From the NCBI GenBank assembly GCA_964057225.1, contig OZ059895.1, positions 8,618,001-8,682,000 on the forward strand: DNA of 64,000 nt, given 5' to 3'. The translations under genes were made by a program, and so were the position numbers. This document shows positions 1-14,458 of this stretch, piece by piece. Position 1 is the first letter of the stretch; each line of letters opens with the position of its first letter. The stretch comes from Auanema rhodensis (Eukaryota; Animalia; Nematoda). Under the pieces are notes generated by a model that was not told the origin of the DNA, searched no databases, and saw nothing but the letters and a program-made list of their open reading frames with translations.

Positions 1-1369
1 AACAAAACAAATTTTTTATTATCTTTTGAAACATTTGTATTTTATTATTATTTTTATATATTAATCTATTATAATATTATTTATATAACTTCATTAACTA
101 TTTTAAAATTTAAAAAAAATTGTGAATAAGTGAATTTTCCTTTAATTTTTTAAAACCAAGTTTCATTGCATGGAAATAGATAGAAGAAGAAGCTTCACCA
201 ACAATATTAAGATGGTTTATGAGTTTTACAGCTGCTCATTAGAGCTTTTCATGGCAAATACTTGGACGTCACCAGCCAGATGTGAGAACAGAGCAGGAAA
301 ATTTAAATTTCACTTTAGACATCTGCAGTTAACTTATTTTCATTTTTGTCAACTTTAACGTATTTATCGTCGTTTTTGCTTATTTTTGTTTAAAAAAAGA
401 AAAATAAAATAATAAAAATTTGTTTATTTATTAGATCTTCTAATATACATTTCGTTTCATTACTAAATTTTTTGGGGCTAAGACCAAAGAAATACAATGA
501 AATCTGTCATCGTATGTTCTCTGATACGAAAACAACTTCAAACTCTGAGAATTCACATCAAGTCAGCCACTACTATCTCAACCACCGGAATCATATGCGC
601 CCCACGAGGCCAGATAACGTCAGATAATGTTATGAGCGGATATTTAGAGAGAAGCAGAGAAGAATGTGATCCATATAAAAGCTAAGAAGAAGTAGAAGAA
701 GAGAGAGGGGGTGGTGGAAGTAAAATCGTAAATGCTTTTCATAACATGTGTACTGAATAGAAGAGAAAACAACAAAAAAAGATGTTTGTTGTACGAATAA
801 AGAAGTTTTTAAATATTCTTTTAACCATATTATATCATTTATAAATTATTTTTTAAATAAAATATAAATTAATTATGTTTAATTGAGAATTTTTGCCTAA
901 GACCTAAAATCAAAAAAATCTATTTGAATGTTTAACCAAATATTTCAATTCCTTTTAGTTATTTTTACATAAATTCTATTTATTATTATAATTGTTTATT
1001 GTTTATTTAATATTTCTTAAAATATAATTAACTATAATACTTTAAATACCCCCCCCCCCCCATTCTCCTTTCTTACAGCCCTGTTCTTTGCCACATTTGG
1101 ATAACAAGAGAAGTATATACAGTATTCTTAATATATTTTTATTATAATTATAATTTATTTATATATTAATATTAGATATACTATCAATCAAGTTTACGAA
1201 ATCTTTTTTTCTGTAACTCTTTTACTGAAAATGATTCTTTTCCCTGTCGTCGTATGTCTTTTCACTTGTAGAGAAAGAGGGTGGAAGAGTGGGAGGAAGG
1301 TCCCGAACCGACTAAACTGAGATGTTGACCTTCCCTTGGGAATTAGACCAGAGTTGCAGAGAGAGAGAA

Positions 1370-1372
<3 letters not shown>

Positions 1373-1442
<70 letters not shown>
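1373..1442. repeat. (GA)35 microsatellite
   Basis: Uninterrupted GA dinucleotide run read directly; it explains the spurious ERERER ORF at 1336-1569. Confidence 0.95.
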
Positions 1443-1446
<4 letters not shown>

Positions 1447-4245
1447 AATATGAAAAGAGAGCCTGCTTTAAGAGTAAGAAGAGAGAAAGGAATGGCACAG
1501 AAGTCTTTGAGATTGGCTAAAGCTCAGATACAAGTGTATATTGAGAGAATGAGAGAAACATGGAAATAGAGAGGAGGGCTTCAGAGAGTTTTAAGGATAT
1601 GGCACAAGACATATAATAAGGAAAAAAGCAACAGTAGGCTTCAATACACATACGTCGTATGACATGTATTTTCTTGTATTTGAATACATATTCCACAAAT
1701 GCCATGCTTCAGCTATTAGAACTTCATCCAATACAATGCTTTAGCTGCATCTTCTTCTTTCAAAGTCTGTTTGCAGTTGCCAATATTGAAGATGAAACAT
1801 TTCAATTTATCCATTCATCATCAATGCTACCTAACCATTTTTCAGGTTATAATCTTATTGTAGAATCAGCATAATTCTTAGTAATATAGTCTTAAAATAA
1901 CTATCTAATTTAAGTTAATTCATGTGTTTTCTTGAATGACTACATGATGACTGATACCAAATGTTATGGAGAAAAAGCCAGATGCCATTTCAATTTGAGA
2001 TAAACCAGTTAGAGCACATAATGTGTTATTTCAAATGAAATGAATTCTCTTGTTTTCTTTTTTCTGTCTAAGATGTGTGGCCCTCTATAGAGCTACGTTC
2101 CCATCTTCAACATCTTAAATAATTTTCTTTTCATTGTCTTTGACTTGTCTACTATCTCAATTGTTTATTGTTTATTCGTTTTGCAGCCGAAAGCCCTAAC
2201 TGGAAAAAGAGGAGGGGGGGGGGGGTTGTCTTTTCTTTTCATAAATCTTCACCTAAGCTGATGTCATTTGCTTGACTATATTGATATTTCAAAGATGGTA
2301 TAAGCCTAAAACTACTCTCATATTCTTGATTTCACTACTCAGTGATATTGTTATCTTCTTTGTACTGTGTCACTGTCTGAACGGTATACTGTTCAACGAT
2401 CTAAGACCAGGATGCTACTCCAAGCTACATCACACGCCGCAGCTGTCTCAGTTTCTGTCATTGTGCTCATTTTGCATCGACGTGGTTTTCTGGATTAGGT
2501 TTCCACTTCGGTTTCTGTATGACGTATCATTCAACAACTGGCCATCTTCAGAAATCGGAGCCGTAACTAACAGCACTTCGTTCATCATTTCGTCGTCGTC
2601 TATCGTGCATCTGTACGCTCTTTATCCTTTTTCATTCGAAACGTTCTCCATATTTCTATTAGTATCGTCATTTCTCCACATTTTTCCATCCCTTTTGTCA
2701 TCTTCCAGAAACCTTGCCGAACTTTTTTTTTCGAAATCAGATAGTTTGAACTCAGTACTTCTCATTTTTCGTGTAAAACACGAAGCTCGAAATATAAACC
2801 AGTCAGTTTATAATAGACCGAAGCTTTTTAGAAATCAATATGTTAGCTTATAAACTAAATGGAGCGTTATACTATATTTAGGAATAAACGAGATTTTAGT
2901 TGAAAATACATTAACTTCCTTGTTATTCTGTTTGATTAAAATGATTTAACAGTATACGAAAATGATTTTCATACTAAGTACATCTGAAATTTTGTTTTGA
3001 TGTTTGATGAAAAGGTGAACTTTATCATTCTAATTGGATATTTCAATCAAAAATAATCAGTTGGATATCTTACGAATTTCTGATGTTTCATCTCGTTTCT
3101 TTATTTCATTATTGTTTCCATTAAACAATATGCTAAGATCAAATCACATGAAGTGAGATGTACCTCCGTTCAGTTTCGAAGTCACCTGTTGTCTGTAATG
3201 TCACAAACAGTTAAAATGACAACAACAAGAATCAGTAGAAAAGTTTTTTGCTTTGCTTCCTCATTGTCTATCTATTACTCTATTTTCATTTTTTTCTTCA
3301 AGAAAATATTGATTAAATTTAATTGTTTAAATAAAATAAAGTTAATTACTAAAATAAAATTTATGTATAGTTATAAGCTATCTCATAATCATTACTATAA
3401 GCATTTTTACTTCGACGTTTAATTCTATTTACCCATTTTGAGAATAAAATTCTGGATATTGATGAATTGAAATACAAAATATTAGTTCAAATAGTTTTAA
3501 AAGATAACAATACTGTGCAATTTATTATTTTTTTGTTTAAAACCATTACCATATTGAAGCTTTAATTCTAAAAGCTTGAGAACTTTTTTTTTGTTATATT
3601 GACCACATTTTATCTTCCTTCATCTATCTATCTTAATGGTTTTGTTTTTTTATTTATTTCTTTTTTTTCTTTGTCGTTCGTTATTTTAAGGAAGTTGGCT
3701 TTTTTTTTTACAAATTTCGTTTATTTTCATATTTTAGGAAAGCAATTTGAATTCGTAAGCTAATTTGACGTGAATACTTCACGTGAAGAACGTCTAGATT
3801 TTACATTTCTTCAGAGCAACAGTTGGTTGATTAGTTGATTTATTATGATTTTTTTGTTTCCTCTGTTGTTATTTTTTATTAATCTATAACTCTTCTTTGC
3901 TTATTTATCTTATTCACATACACACATTCTTTATAATATATCTATTTTTTTCTTAATAATCTTCTCAATAATTTACCATACTTGATTAGAGAAGTTGTTT
4001 TTTATTGTTTTTATTATCTTACTAATTATATGCTATCTACATTTTGATAATGCACTATTTTTTTGCGCTATTCGTCGCAAATAAGAAGTAAAGTTCAAAA
4101 TAGTTGTCAACAGACGCGAGTATTGCAACTAGCTCTCGTAAAGATGGACCATACCCAAGGGATGATGGTCCACAGAGGGACTCCAATAGGCTAAAGAGAG
4201 AAAGCCAGAGCAAAGGATGGTTGGAGCTTCTATGTGTTGCTTCTC

Positions 4246-5807
4246 TCAGTTGAAAGACTTATAAAACTGCAAGAAGATAAACCAAAAGCTGTGTATGCAT
4301 GTATATCTATCAAGTTGTGCAAGAAAGATGTTTAACATCATTTCATAATTCTCGTTTACTATTATCTTGCAACTTTGAAGCCTTTGTTTAAGATGAATTT
4401 GTTTTTTTTTGCCTTTTTCGTCTTGATTTTCATCCATTTCATTTTTCTTCAATAACTAGTTTATTCATCATATCCAAATTTCATTAATAATTATTATAGG
4501 CATCATCAAAATAAGTTATGTTATTTTATGACAAATTATTATACGTAGTATTTGGTGTCGTTACATATATTCTCCGCATATTGATAGAGTGCTTCAACTT
4601 CCCAGTTTGATTTGTATAGTACCAGTGGTCTTGCTCATTTAGTAACCACTGAATGCCATGTCAGAATTCTTTTCAGAGGAACAGTATCCGGGACTTGTTG
4701 CATATATCATTAAGCCGCTTGATTCTATTGAAATGATGCTCTATTCTAGTTTGAAGCCTTTCATTTTCTTGCATCCTAAAAATCTCAATAATTTTCATTT
4801 TCCTCTCTAAAAAGCTTAACTAATACATTTTTCTTACAGCTTTACATCGCTACACCCTGTTAGAATAGTTATTCGTCGACATTTTGTATTTTGCCTTTTC
4901 CCCTTTATTTTTGCTCGCTTTCTGTCACTTGAGCCAGACGTCTTCAGTTCCGTAAATACATATGAAGCGATTTTGGCTTGTTCTCTGACGAATTGCCTCT
5001 GATGCTGTGACAGGCGGAGTTATGAAAGTAGTTCGACTTCCGGACTGCGGCATTCATGTTGCCTCTATTGTTTATCTTTCGATGATGACAGTATTACAAG
5101 TAACTACATTTAAACTCACTTAAAATTAGAATAAACTTTATAATTATTTGGAAAAAACTAAGGCTACATCATTTTTAGTTGTTTTTTTCAATTTATCGAT
5201 ATCATCCTGTTGTATTCAGGAGTTGGTTTTCGATGATCTCTCAAGAAGATTTCGTATCATACATGTCAACTGCTTTCTCTACAATTGTGCTTTCTCATCA
5301 ACTTTCTGGGCTTCATATAACTAAATATTAATTTATCTAGAAATTAACATATATTTCTACATTTATAATAATATAATATACATCTGGTATATATAACTTC
5401 AAAGTTTGCCTGCGTTGTCTATTTTTCTGTTTCATTTCACGATGCAAACCTTGAAGAAAACGACAATTTAAACGGAGAATGAACGATTGTTCAGTCTTAT
5501 TCAAGCTTACAAAGCGTCTGCTTAACTCTACCCACTGGCCGTATACTTCATCCGCAACACACAGCACTCAATGATGCTTGAAGGCATCCAATGTGATCTG
5601 TTGTTCTTTGTATTCGATTCTTCCCATTACTTTCCCATTTGGTATTGTCTATGTTTAAAATACTTTCAAACTGAGATATGTGCTTCTTACTCAATTGCCA
5701 ATGTAGTTGCATATTAATACAGTTGATTGAATTTCTTGTATAGTATATGTTACCCCATTGCGTACTTTCAATAAGCTCTTACAATCTTTCCGCTTAGCGG
5801 CTTTCAT
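4246..5807 (-). pseudogene. Decayed multi-exon gene of unknown family
   Basis: Exon-like blocks 5807-5691, 5648-5382, 5320-5168, 5103-4838, 4775-4545 and 4455-4246. The first four introns are GT-AG, 42-64 nt and phase-compatible. The spliced frame is protein-like (e.g. TIPNGKVMGRIEYKEQQITLDAFKHH*VLCVADEVYGQWVELSRRF) but has ~8 in-frame stops and at least one frameshift. Confidence 0.5.
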
Positions 5808-6726
5808 TTATCAATACTTATTTGTAAATGAACGAATAGCGTAAGAAGCTCTAGCATGAATCATTCGAGCAGCCCTATTATTTGTGCTTTACTACCTCGT
5901 TTTTCAAATCGCGTTTTGCTGAATTTTTCTTTTCTTTTTAGGCTTTCCTATACACGCAATGTTTAGCTCATGATATTAAGCATATTGTAAAAGGTGCCGA
6001 TTTCACAATCAATGAACTGTTACATTGTTATTTAATCATTGACTTGTGTAGTATACTCTTAACAGATTTAAAATCTAAAAACATAAATTTGCAACATTTT
6101 TGTTTTCGCAGTGCCTTGCTTTAACTGAATTACTTTATGAAATTCAATTCAAAGTGCACTTCGTCTATGCATGTTGCAAGAAGACTAAGGAATAGCTAGG
6201 GCTGGTTCAACACGTCCATGCCTCTTCTTCAACAAGCTTTTCAGCTCCGTGGGTGGTCTTTTTGCACCATGCAGCAGTAGACCAAGTAATAGTCAAGACC
6301 GGAATCGCCTGTGGATATTTAAATTCGCACTATTATCACATATGATATTGATTGAATATTAATGGTTTAGTCTTTTAGAAACTATGAAAACTTTGAATAT
6401 ATAAGTGAAAATGAATAATTAATTAAGAATAATTACAAAGATTTTAGAAAAACTAGAAAAAAACATTACTGTCGGCTACTGACAACTAGTTTTGCAGCAT
6501 GATTCGGAGAGTCTGCGAGTTGCTGTTAAGAGAGCAGTTGATCTGAAAGAACTGCAAAAGTTGCAAACCATTTTAGCTTATTCATGGCCGGTGATCAAAA
6601 ATATAAGAGCATAAGTTCGAAGAAACACCGCATTGTATGGTTGGATGCTCCTTTAAGCATCGATTGTTAACCGACCACGCCTCTCTCTCTTTTTTTGTCT
6701 GCTCAAGTCTCTTTTTCAATCTCCCC

Positions 6727-6730
<4 letters not shown>

Positions 6731-6780
<50 letters not shown>
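6731..6780. repeat. (TC)25 microsatellite upstream of the Smad gene
   Basis: Pure TC run; further CT/GA runs near 7471-7507, 9020-9097 and 11412-11445. Confidence 0.95.
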
Positions 6781-6786
<6 letters not shown>

Positions 6787-6960
6787 CAATCTGTTTCTTC
6801 CTTCTCCCTTTATTTCTATCTTTTCTTACTCTCTATTACTCTCATAATTTCTCTCTTCCAAGTGAATGAGTCTGACGGACTCGGAAAGACCCCAAGGCGT
6901 GTTGTGGTGAAGCTGTTGGCACACTCTTTCTCTTTCCAAGCCTAAGCTTTGACTGCTGCT

Positions 6961-6968
6961 GCCGGCGC
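6961..6968 (+). promoter_or_regulatory. Candidate Mad/Smad GC-box (GCCGnCGC)
   Basis: GCCGGCGC in a GC-enriched island ~1.1 kb upstream of the first identified I-Smad exon; motif match only. Confidence 0.25.
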
Positions 6969-7471
6969 TGTTGCTGGCATCTCTTTCCTTCCTCCTTTCT
7001 TTCTTCGTCGATCTACTGTTTAGCCACTGCTTTACTCCTAAATTCTTTCTCTTTTACTCTATCTCTTTCATTCTCTCACTTTACCCTTTTCTTTCATTTT
7101 TCTTCTTAGTAGATGGAAGGAAAAAGACCAAAGGGGAGGGAGAGGGAGAGAGGACGCGAATGAAAAAAGAGTTTTTAGTTTGTCGGTTGTTTCTCTTTGG
7201 CATTCCCTCTATCCCATCTCTGCTATTTCTTGCATTTGTCTGCTTCTCTGCGTCATCTGCGTTTTGTGGCCTTTCTCTCTCACGGCTCCCCCTCGTCGTC
7301 CTCGGTTGGTCGGTTGGTTAGTTGGCCGCCCTCGCCTCTTCCCCCTAGGCCTTTCTCACTAGCACAGCTCTAGCTAGCCATGGCTTCATCGTTAGACAGA
7401 GGGCAGATAGACGGATTGGGAGGCTTGCCATGCGAACAACCGACCTAAACAGATAAACCTAACCCTTATTT

Positions 7472-7508
<37 letters not shown>

Positions 7509-8220
7509 ATCAATCTGCTATCTATCTCTCCCTCACTCTCCCTACCGTTCTTACTCTCTCTATCTCTCTATTTTAATTTTCAAAATGTATATGAAATATA
7601 TGATTTATTTAACCTTGTCTTATTCTTTTAATTATATACTCTTTCTGTTTTTTCTTGAATTTCAAATTTTCATTTTGATCCGTATTAGCAAACGTCCACT
7701 TTTTCAAATGTTTTCCATTTTGGCTTTTGTTTTTTTTTTAAATTATTCAACTTTGTCTTTTACTCAAATTCTCTAAGACTCCCATTTGCTTAAGTGCTGC
7801 CGTATACAACTTGAAGTTGTATTCTCTCGAGTGGTTAGCTATTAAATCTAAATAGTATGACATGCATTTTTTTGATTTGTATATGCCATAATATTCTTTG
7901 CTAACTATATTTTATATATTACGGCTTCTAATCGTTTTTTTCCAAACCTTTGCTGCTTTTCCTTTTTCCTTTTTTTGGTTTAAATAGATTATTTCTAATA
8001 TATTCTCTATATGCTTTATTGATTATACCGTAGTTCACATAGCTAATGTAATATGTTTCAGGTACATGGACTGTCGTCGTCCAATCATTTCTTGTTATTA
8101 GAACTCGGATAAAACTCTAAGAGCCAACTCGTTGTGCTCAAATTCGTTATTGTACATTTCAATAATATTTCTTAGTCAACAGTTATTGTCATCAACTTCA
8201 ACTGAACACGACGATATGCC

Positions 8221-9031
8221 ATGGACTGTGGTCTGTGGTGCGTCTTCAGCGAGCGACGACGGCACGTCGAACGTCTCTGGCGACGACGGTTACTCGTCAC
8301 AAGCGATGAACGGCGAGCTAGAAGAAGGTATTATCAGTTAAAATTATATTTATATAGCTTAAAGAATTTAGTTTTCTTATTTTCTCATTTATCGTTCATT
8401 CTACAATTTTCTTTATCTTGAGTTAAATATAAGTAAATGTGATTTATGTGTCAACCTGTTCATTGAATTGCTCTGCAACTCGAGTGGTTCTAGTTGAATC
8501 AGGACAAAGTCTTTACTAGACATATACAATCCTTTTTGATTCCTCTGCACCAAATACATTTTTTTATTTATTCAGAAGTAAAGTTCGAGATTTCTTTTGA
8601 GCTTAAGTAGTTCATGGGTTTCTTTTTTCCTTTTTTTTCGTTTTCTTTCATTTTGGTTCATGCTATTTCAACTAACACAAATTTTAATATATATATATAT
8701 AGAGTTGACGATGCTTTTCTTTTCCTTTTACTTGTTGAAATGTTTAGCGTTGTTGTGACTTGTGCCGTACAAATATGAAATGACATAAGTTTGTAGATAC
8801 TAGCGATTCTTATTCCTTTTTTCCCTTTCCTTTTAGCCCAGTTGCGTTGTCTGCCGGACTGGTCTCACTTTGATTAATTCTTGCTTGCTCTATGCCCTCG
8901 TCCTCTTTTCCTTTCTCTGCCACTCGTCTCACTCTTCTGCTCTATATGAGCCTTTCGTCTCTTGTCTTTCAAGTTTGGAGTGTTGGTAAAGTAGATGGCA
9001 TGAAGCAAGTTAAAGAAAATAGAGAGATAGG

Positions 9032-9062
<31 letters not shown>

Positions 9063-11406
9063 AAATAGAGAGAGAGAGAGGGATTGAGAGAGAGAGAGTT
9101 GATAGAGTGACCAATTTTTTAATTTTTCACACATAGTTTTGTAAACGAAGCGGTTTCTGAATATAATCTATCAAGAATAGTTGTTAAGATCGTAAACTAT
9201 GATTCTGACTTTCATTCCACAAATGAAAAAGTTGCATTGTCATTTAAATGGTTAGGTTCATCTTTCAATTTTGCGTGGGTACTCACGTTTTTTCACTAAA
9301 ATCACGTTTTTATCTTTCTGACGTATTTGGTAATTTTAGATGTGTTGGCACCTCTTCTCATGACGCCCTACACACTTTCTTACATTTTTTCTGCTTTTTA
9401 ATTTTTGTCTTTCAATTTAATAATTAGTATATTATAATATAATATAACTTTATATATTCTATAATGTTTTCATTTAAAATATAATTTTGAATGAGCATAA
9501 GTTTCTTAAATATTTATTATTCTAAATAAGAATAATATGTATATAAAGAAATTACAAACCTTAAGCATAACCTTTGTTCTTCTCACTTTTCTTTTATTTT
9601 ATAAGAGTAGTGGGTGGGAAAACTTTCCTTTAACCATTTCTTCTATTTGTCCATCTTCTTTTTATATTTTAGCTTGCTTGCATCTTTTCTTTTCATCTTA
9701 CTCCTGGTTTAGCCTGCCCGGGTTCCTAATTGGAGCACTTGTTCTGTGTGAAAACTTAATAAAATCTGTGAAATCGGATGCTGGACCTCGATCAGGCTGG
9801 CTAGTGATGCTATGACCATAGCTACACTTAGCTGTATTCATTTTCGTTCTCTACACGTCTTCAAATTGAATTATAGTTAGATGACCACAACTGTTATAGA
9901 AAGATTTGATGATGATGATGATGTCTTGTCTCGTCATGCCTTGCAGTAACTCGGCTTCAGTCTCCAATTCGATGAAAATATGGTTATGAAAATAGCTTAA
10001 AATCGTATATGGTTAAACAAATATATATATATATATATCTCTTTGACTATGGTTATGACATAAAAAAAAAGTCAACGAAGTCACAGTTCGCCTTTCTATA
10101 ATTAACGGTCGGCTCTCGATTCAATACACACACACTTGCTTGTTCATTTCTGCAGTTTCTTGATCTGATCTATTTAGTTAGTTGTACTAGTTGTCATTGG
10201 CTGTCTGCTAGCAAACTCATTATAACTTCACATGATCGTCACGCAACCATCGGAACCGGATCTGATTCTGGATGCTGCGAATGAGCTTAAACCATATAAA
10301 GCAAACAGCATTTTCTTAATTTTTATCAGGCAAACTTTCAACACATATAAAATGCTTTTATTTCATTTTTTTTTCATTTGGTCTGCAAGTATTTCAACCA
10401 ATGATGAATGTCTTTAAGCTATATCCACATGTGTTTATTTGAAGCTTAGCGAAGCATTCGTCATAAAACTAATTTTGAAAGTATTATTCAAAAGAAAAAT
10501 TGATTTTTTCTCTTAGATTATATGTATATAAACGACAGTTAGATGTGTCATGTTTCACTTCCTGTCAAGCTATGCTTGTGCTTGCTGGATTTCAAAGTGG
10601 CTAAACACAAGCTAGAAAGCAGAAGCAGCCTTCTCATGATGGACTAGTACATAAACATTACAAAAAAATGTTACAATATAGAATATATAAAGAAACTAAT
10701 TAGCAATTATAGTATCTAACTATAAATAGTTTTACTATTTAACACTAAAAGTAAAATAAATGAAAAAAAACATTTTATGTGTTCCGTTTAAATTGAATAT
10801 TTACAAACAATTTTGTCTTTATGTTATTGCCATTTTTGTAATGTTTTAGTTGACTTTTATGGTTTATTCAAGTTAGAAAGTGAAATTTTAAGTTATTTTT
10901 GTGGATAATGGGAAAGATGAAATGCAAGAGCACAATGTGTTTGAAAAGCAATTGGCACCAGTTGACATAATACCGACACATACGAGTAGAAGGAATAAGA
11001 TATTTGAAAGGGAAAAATAGTACATTTAGTATAATATATATATATATTCTATATAATATAATTAGTATATTATATAATATTATTATTATTATTAAATATA
11101 TTTAAATAATAAATATTATATAAAAAATATATATATATTTATATATTTATAATATAGTATAATTATTATTATTATTATTATAAATATTTGTCTTTTTATT
11201 ATTTTTTAATTAATATCTAATTCTATCATTGATGATTTCAAACAATTTTTCGTTTAGTCAGATATTCATACAAATTTTTCAAATGTGCGTATATCTGGTT
11301 GCAAAGGGCCCCGGAGCAACCGAAAATTAATGTTCTCACGGGAATTGGCTTTTCTCTCTGCTTATCTCTTTTGTCCCCTTGTCTCTCTTTCTTCCTTTCC
11401 CTCTCT

Positions 11407-11448
<42 letters not shown>

Positions 11449-14400
11449 ATTGTTTTTACTATATTTTTGATTTACGTTATCTTTGTTTCACAAAAATATT
11501 GTAATAATAATAATAATAATAATATCCATTTATGATATTATATTAACTATATAATGTTAAAAACATTAAATTATAATATATTTAAATATAAGAAAATTCA
11601 ATTTTTCAATCTTTTAAAATAGATCATTTCATTTAATTATTCTATTGAATGTTCATCAATGACAATTCTTCTCAAACATTAGTTATATGTATACAAAATA
11701 CTTTATTGTTCTATTGTCATCACTACAAACTTTTTTCAAATTCTATCCGGCTTTTCAACTATCTCTCGTAGAATACTGGGAGTGTGTAAATCTTCTTTTT
11801 TTAAAAATAGTTATTGACCTTTTGAGCTTGATATTTGATATTCGAGCAAGAATCAAGAATATACGGATAACTATATCATATATGATTATGTTATAACAAC
11901 TCAATATCATATATATATATATATATATATTCTACTAGAAAATCAATTGTATAGAATAATAAATCAAAAATAATGTTATAGATTCCTTCGTCTGATGCGC
12001 GGCTTTGATGCCGAAGACGTTGAAGTTATCAGAAAGGCTGTTGAGTCCGGCGGTGTTGTAGCAAAGGCAAGTGAAATATATGTTATAACATGTTATATTT
12101 GACTAAAAATAAAAATAAATAAATAATATTTATGATTTATAGGCATGTGCTCCCGGGCCACCAATGGACGAACGTCCAGATGATGATATGCCTGAAGAAG
12201 ATTCTGGTCTAATACCTCAAATAGATCGACCAATGAGTATGCCTTATCTATGCTGTAAATTATGGCGATGGAAAGATCTTCAGGTGAAATTTTATCTTTA
12301 AAACATCTTTTTTTTTGCAAAAAGTTGTCTGGAAGTTGTTGAAAGCCTAAAGATAGTCAGCTTGTTTCTTTTCTTTTTTGTAATTTTTTTTTGGAGAATT
12401 CTGACATCAATCCGTCACATCTTCTATTCTATTCTATTCTTTCTCTTTTTTTTTGTGAACAATTCTTTTGGAAAGAAGTTTTGTAAAACAGAAAAAAACT
12501 CTTTTACTTGCTAAACACTCGAATTTCACCCATTTTTCTCTGATATTTTTCATATGATATTCTTAAGAAATTAGATATTCTATATGAATGTTTGAAACAA
12601 ATTCATCTATAATCATATCATTTCAATACAAATTATTGATTATTATTAAAATATTTATTTCATATACTAACTATTCATATAATTTAAAATTATTTCTTTA
12701 TATTTTTAAAGTTTTTATCTGTTCTTTTCACTTATCACAGCTTCCTCCCTTTCTCCGTCATCTCTAATCAATTCAACAGCACATGCTGTCGTATAGGTGT
12801 CTGCTCTGTGTGTTCATAGAAGTCATGAGTGATTGATGACAAAACACCTTCATTCGACAAATGATTTTTGAAAACTTCATAAAGATTGATAAAGCTAAGA
12901 TATACATTTGAAAAGAAACATTTTAATATATATATATATATATATATAGAATATATTAATTATATTTCTTTATTATATTCAAATAAATATTTTATTTTAA
13001 GGTTGATGCTGCATTACATCGTCTTGAAGCTTTACCATGGTGTCGTTTTGGACGTGTTACTATCAATAATGCCACCGTCTCATGCTGCAATCCTTATCAC
13101 TATGCCTTGTGGATACGTCCAGAAACGAGCTGTGCCGATGAAGAATCATCTGTTGATGATTTAGTTATTGGCGGTCCACATACAGCATCATCCGTCTATC
13201 CAACTACAACGACCACATTGCCTTCCATGTCTTCGACAGCATTAGCTGCACGTAGACGTAGCCAATCTCATTACGCAAACGTAGGCATATCCACAAGCAA
13301 TCCATTAACAAATGGTCATTTACAGTATCGAACTCATATGGGTAATAGATTCGACTTACATCCATTCAAACTGTTATTTTACTGATTTTCAGCCACATCA
13401 ACGTATCATCAACGACCAACTGAAATAGATGTTCCTCCACTAACTTTAGCGAATTCCATTGGTGGCGGCACACAAAATGAGCTTCCCGATCATGCACCAC
13501 CATCTGTGCCTGCTAGCACCCCGCCTGAACCACCGGATTCTCCACCGTCATCTAGCAATCGGTCATCTCCATCTCATAATTTTCTTCATCAACAAAGTTG
13601 TGGTAAGATTTTATTAACTTTATCATCTTTATAATTATTCTAAAAATTAAAAATTGTTGAGAAATTCATCAAATTAAACGCTCAAAACCATTGCATTCAT
13701 CATTTCTATTTAGAAATTTAACAAATTCAATGAATTTCGTCGAATTTTCCAAAAATTATTCAAAACTTTTCAATAATTTCAATACTATTTCTTATATTTA
13801 CAGCTTGGGGTCGTTTAACTAGATGGGAAAAAAAAGAAAGAATAGCTGAAACCGTACAGCTTACGGGTCAATTTGCTGCTGTAGGGATTCTGTCTAATTC
13901 CGGTATATAATCTAATTTATATGTTTAATTATATTGTTATATTCAGTACATGATGCTCAAGCAGTATGTAGTGATTGGGATACCCGAAATGAAGTGTCAT
14001 TTGCTCTTATTCGACAGGCTGAGCCTCTTGGTTCCGATGGCCCCGAGGACGTATGGCTGTACAACAGGTTCGTTTCTGTGTAATTCATGCTTTAATGAAT
14101 ATTCAATTACTTTGTTACAGTGGGACTCGTCCACTTTTTATTTGTATAACGCCGTCACCTAATGCACGAGCTGATACACTGCGTCGCTTATCTCCTGGTT
14201 ACTGTATTCGTGTTCATCGAGGAGAACCGTCATCATCTGCTCCAGCAAGTGAACGAGCTCATCATCAACATCGAAGACATAGTCGGGTAAGCTTTACACA
14301 CTCACGAATCCATATCAATATCACTGTTTTGTTTGCAGGATCCTGCATTATTGCACGGGAATCTCATTATTTCAGTTGGTAAAGGTTGGGGACCCAACTA

Positions 14401-14458
14401 CAGCCGGCTTTATGTGACGGATATCCCATGTCGATATGAAATTAGCTTTATTAATTAG
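8221..14458 (+). CDS. tag-68: Inhibitory-type Smad (Smad6/7/Dad-like)
   Basis: Exons 8221-8327, 11982-12066, 12143-12283, 13002-13341, 13393-13602, 13804-13902, 13947-14067, 14121-14286, 14339-14458. N-terminal VFSERRRHVERLWRRR resembles the I-Smad FRSKRSGLVRRLWRSR. MH1-like PYLCCKLWRWKDLQ and CCNPYHY; MH2 VWLYNSGTRPLFI and ISVGKGWGPNYSRLYVTDIPCRYEI; no C-terminal SSXS. The symbol is from family recognition. Confidence 0.88.

Noticed and set aside
2272-2853. 193-aa plus-strand ORF
   Set aside because: Non-ATG start, no recognisable domain or splice structure, and the opposite strand is interrupted by stops.
5531-5693. Selenocysteine or TGA recoding in the decayed gene
   Set aside because: TAG and TAA stops and a frameshift also occur, no SECIS was seen, and neighbouring genes use TGA as a normal stop.
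6637-7362. Several hydrophobic plus-strand ORFs
   Set aside because: They arise from CT-rich low-complexity promoter DNA and show no coding features.
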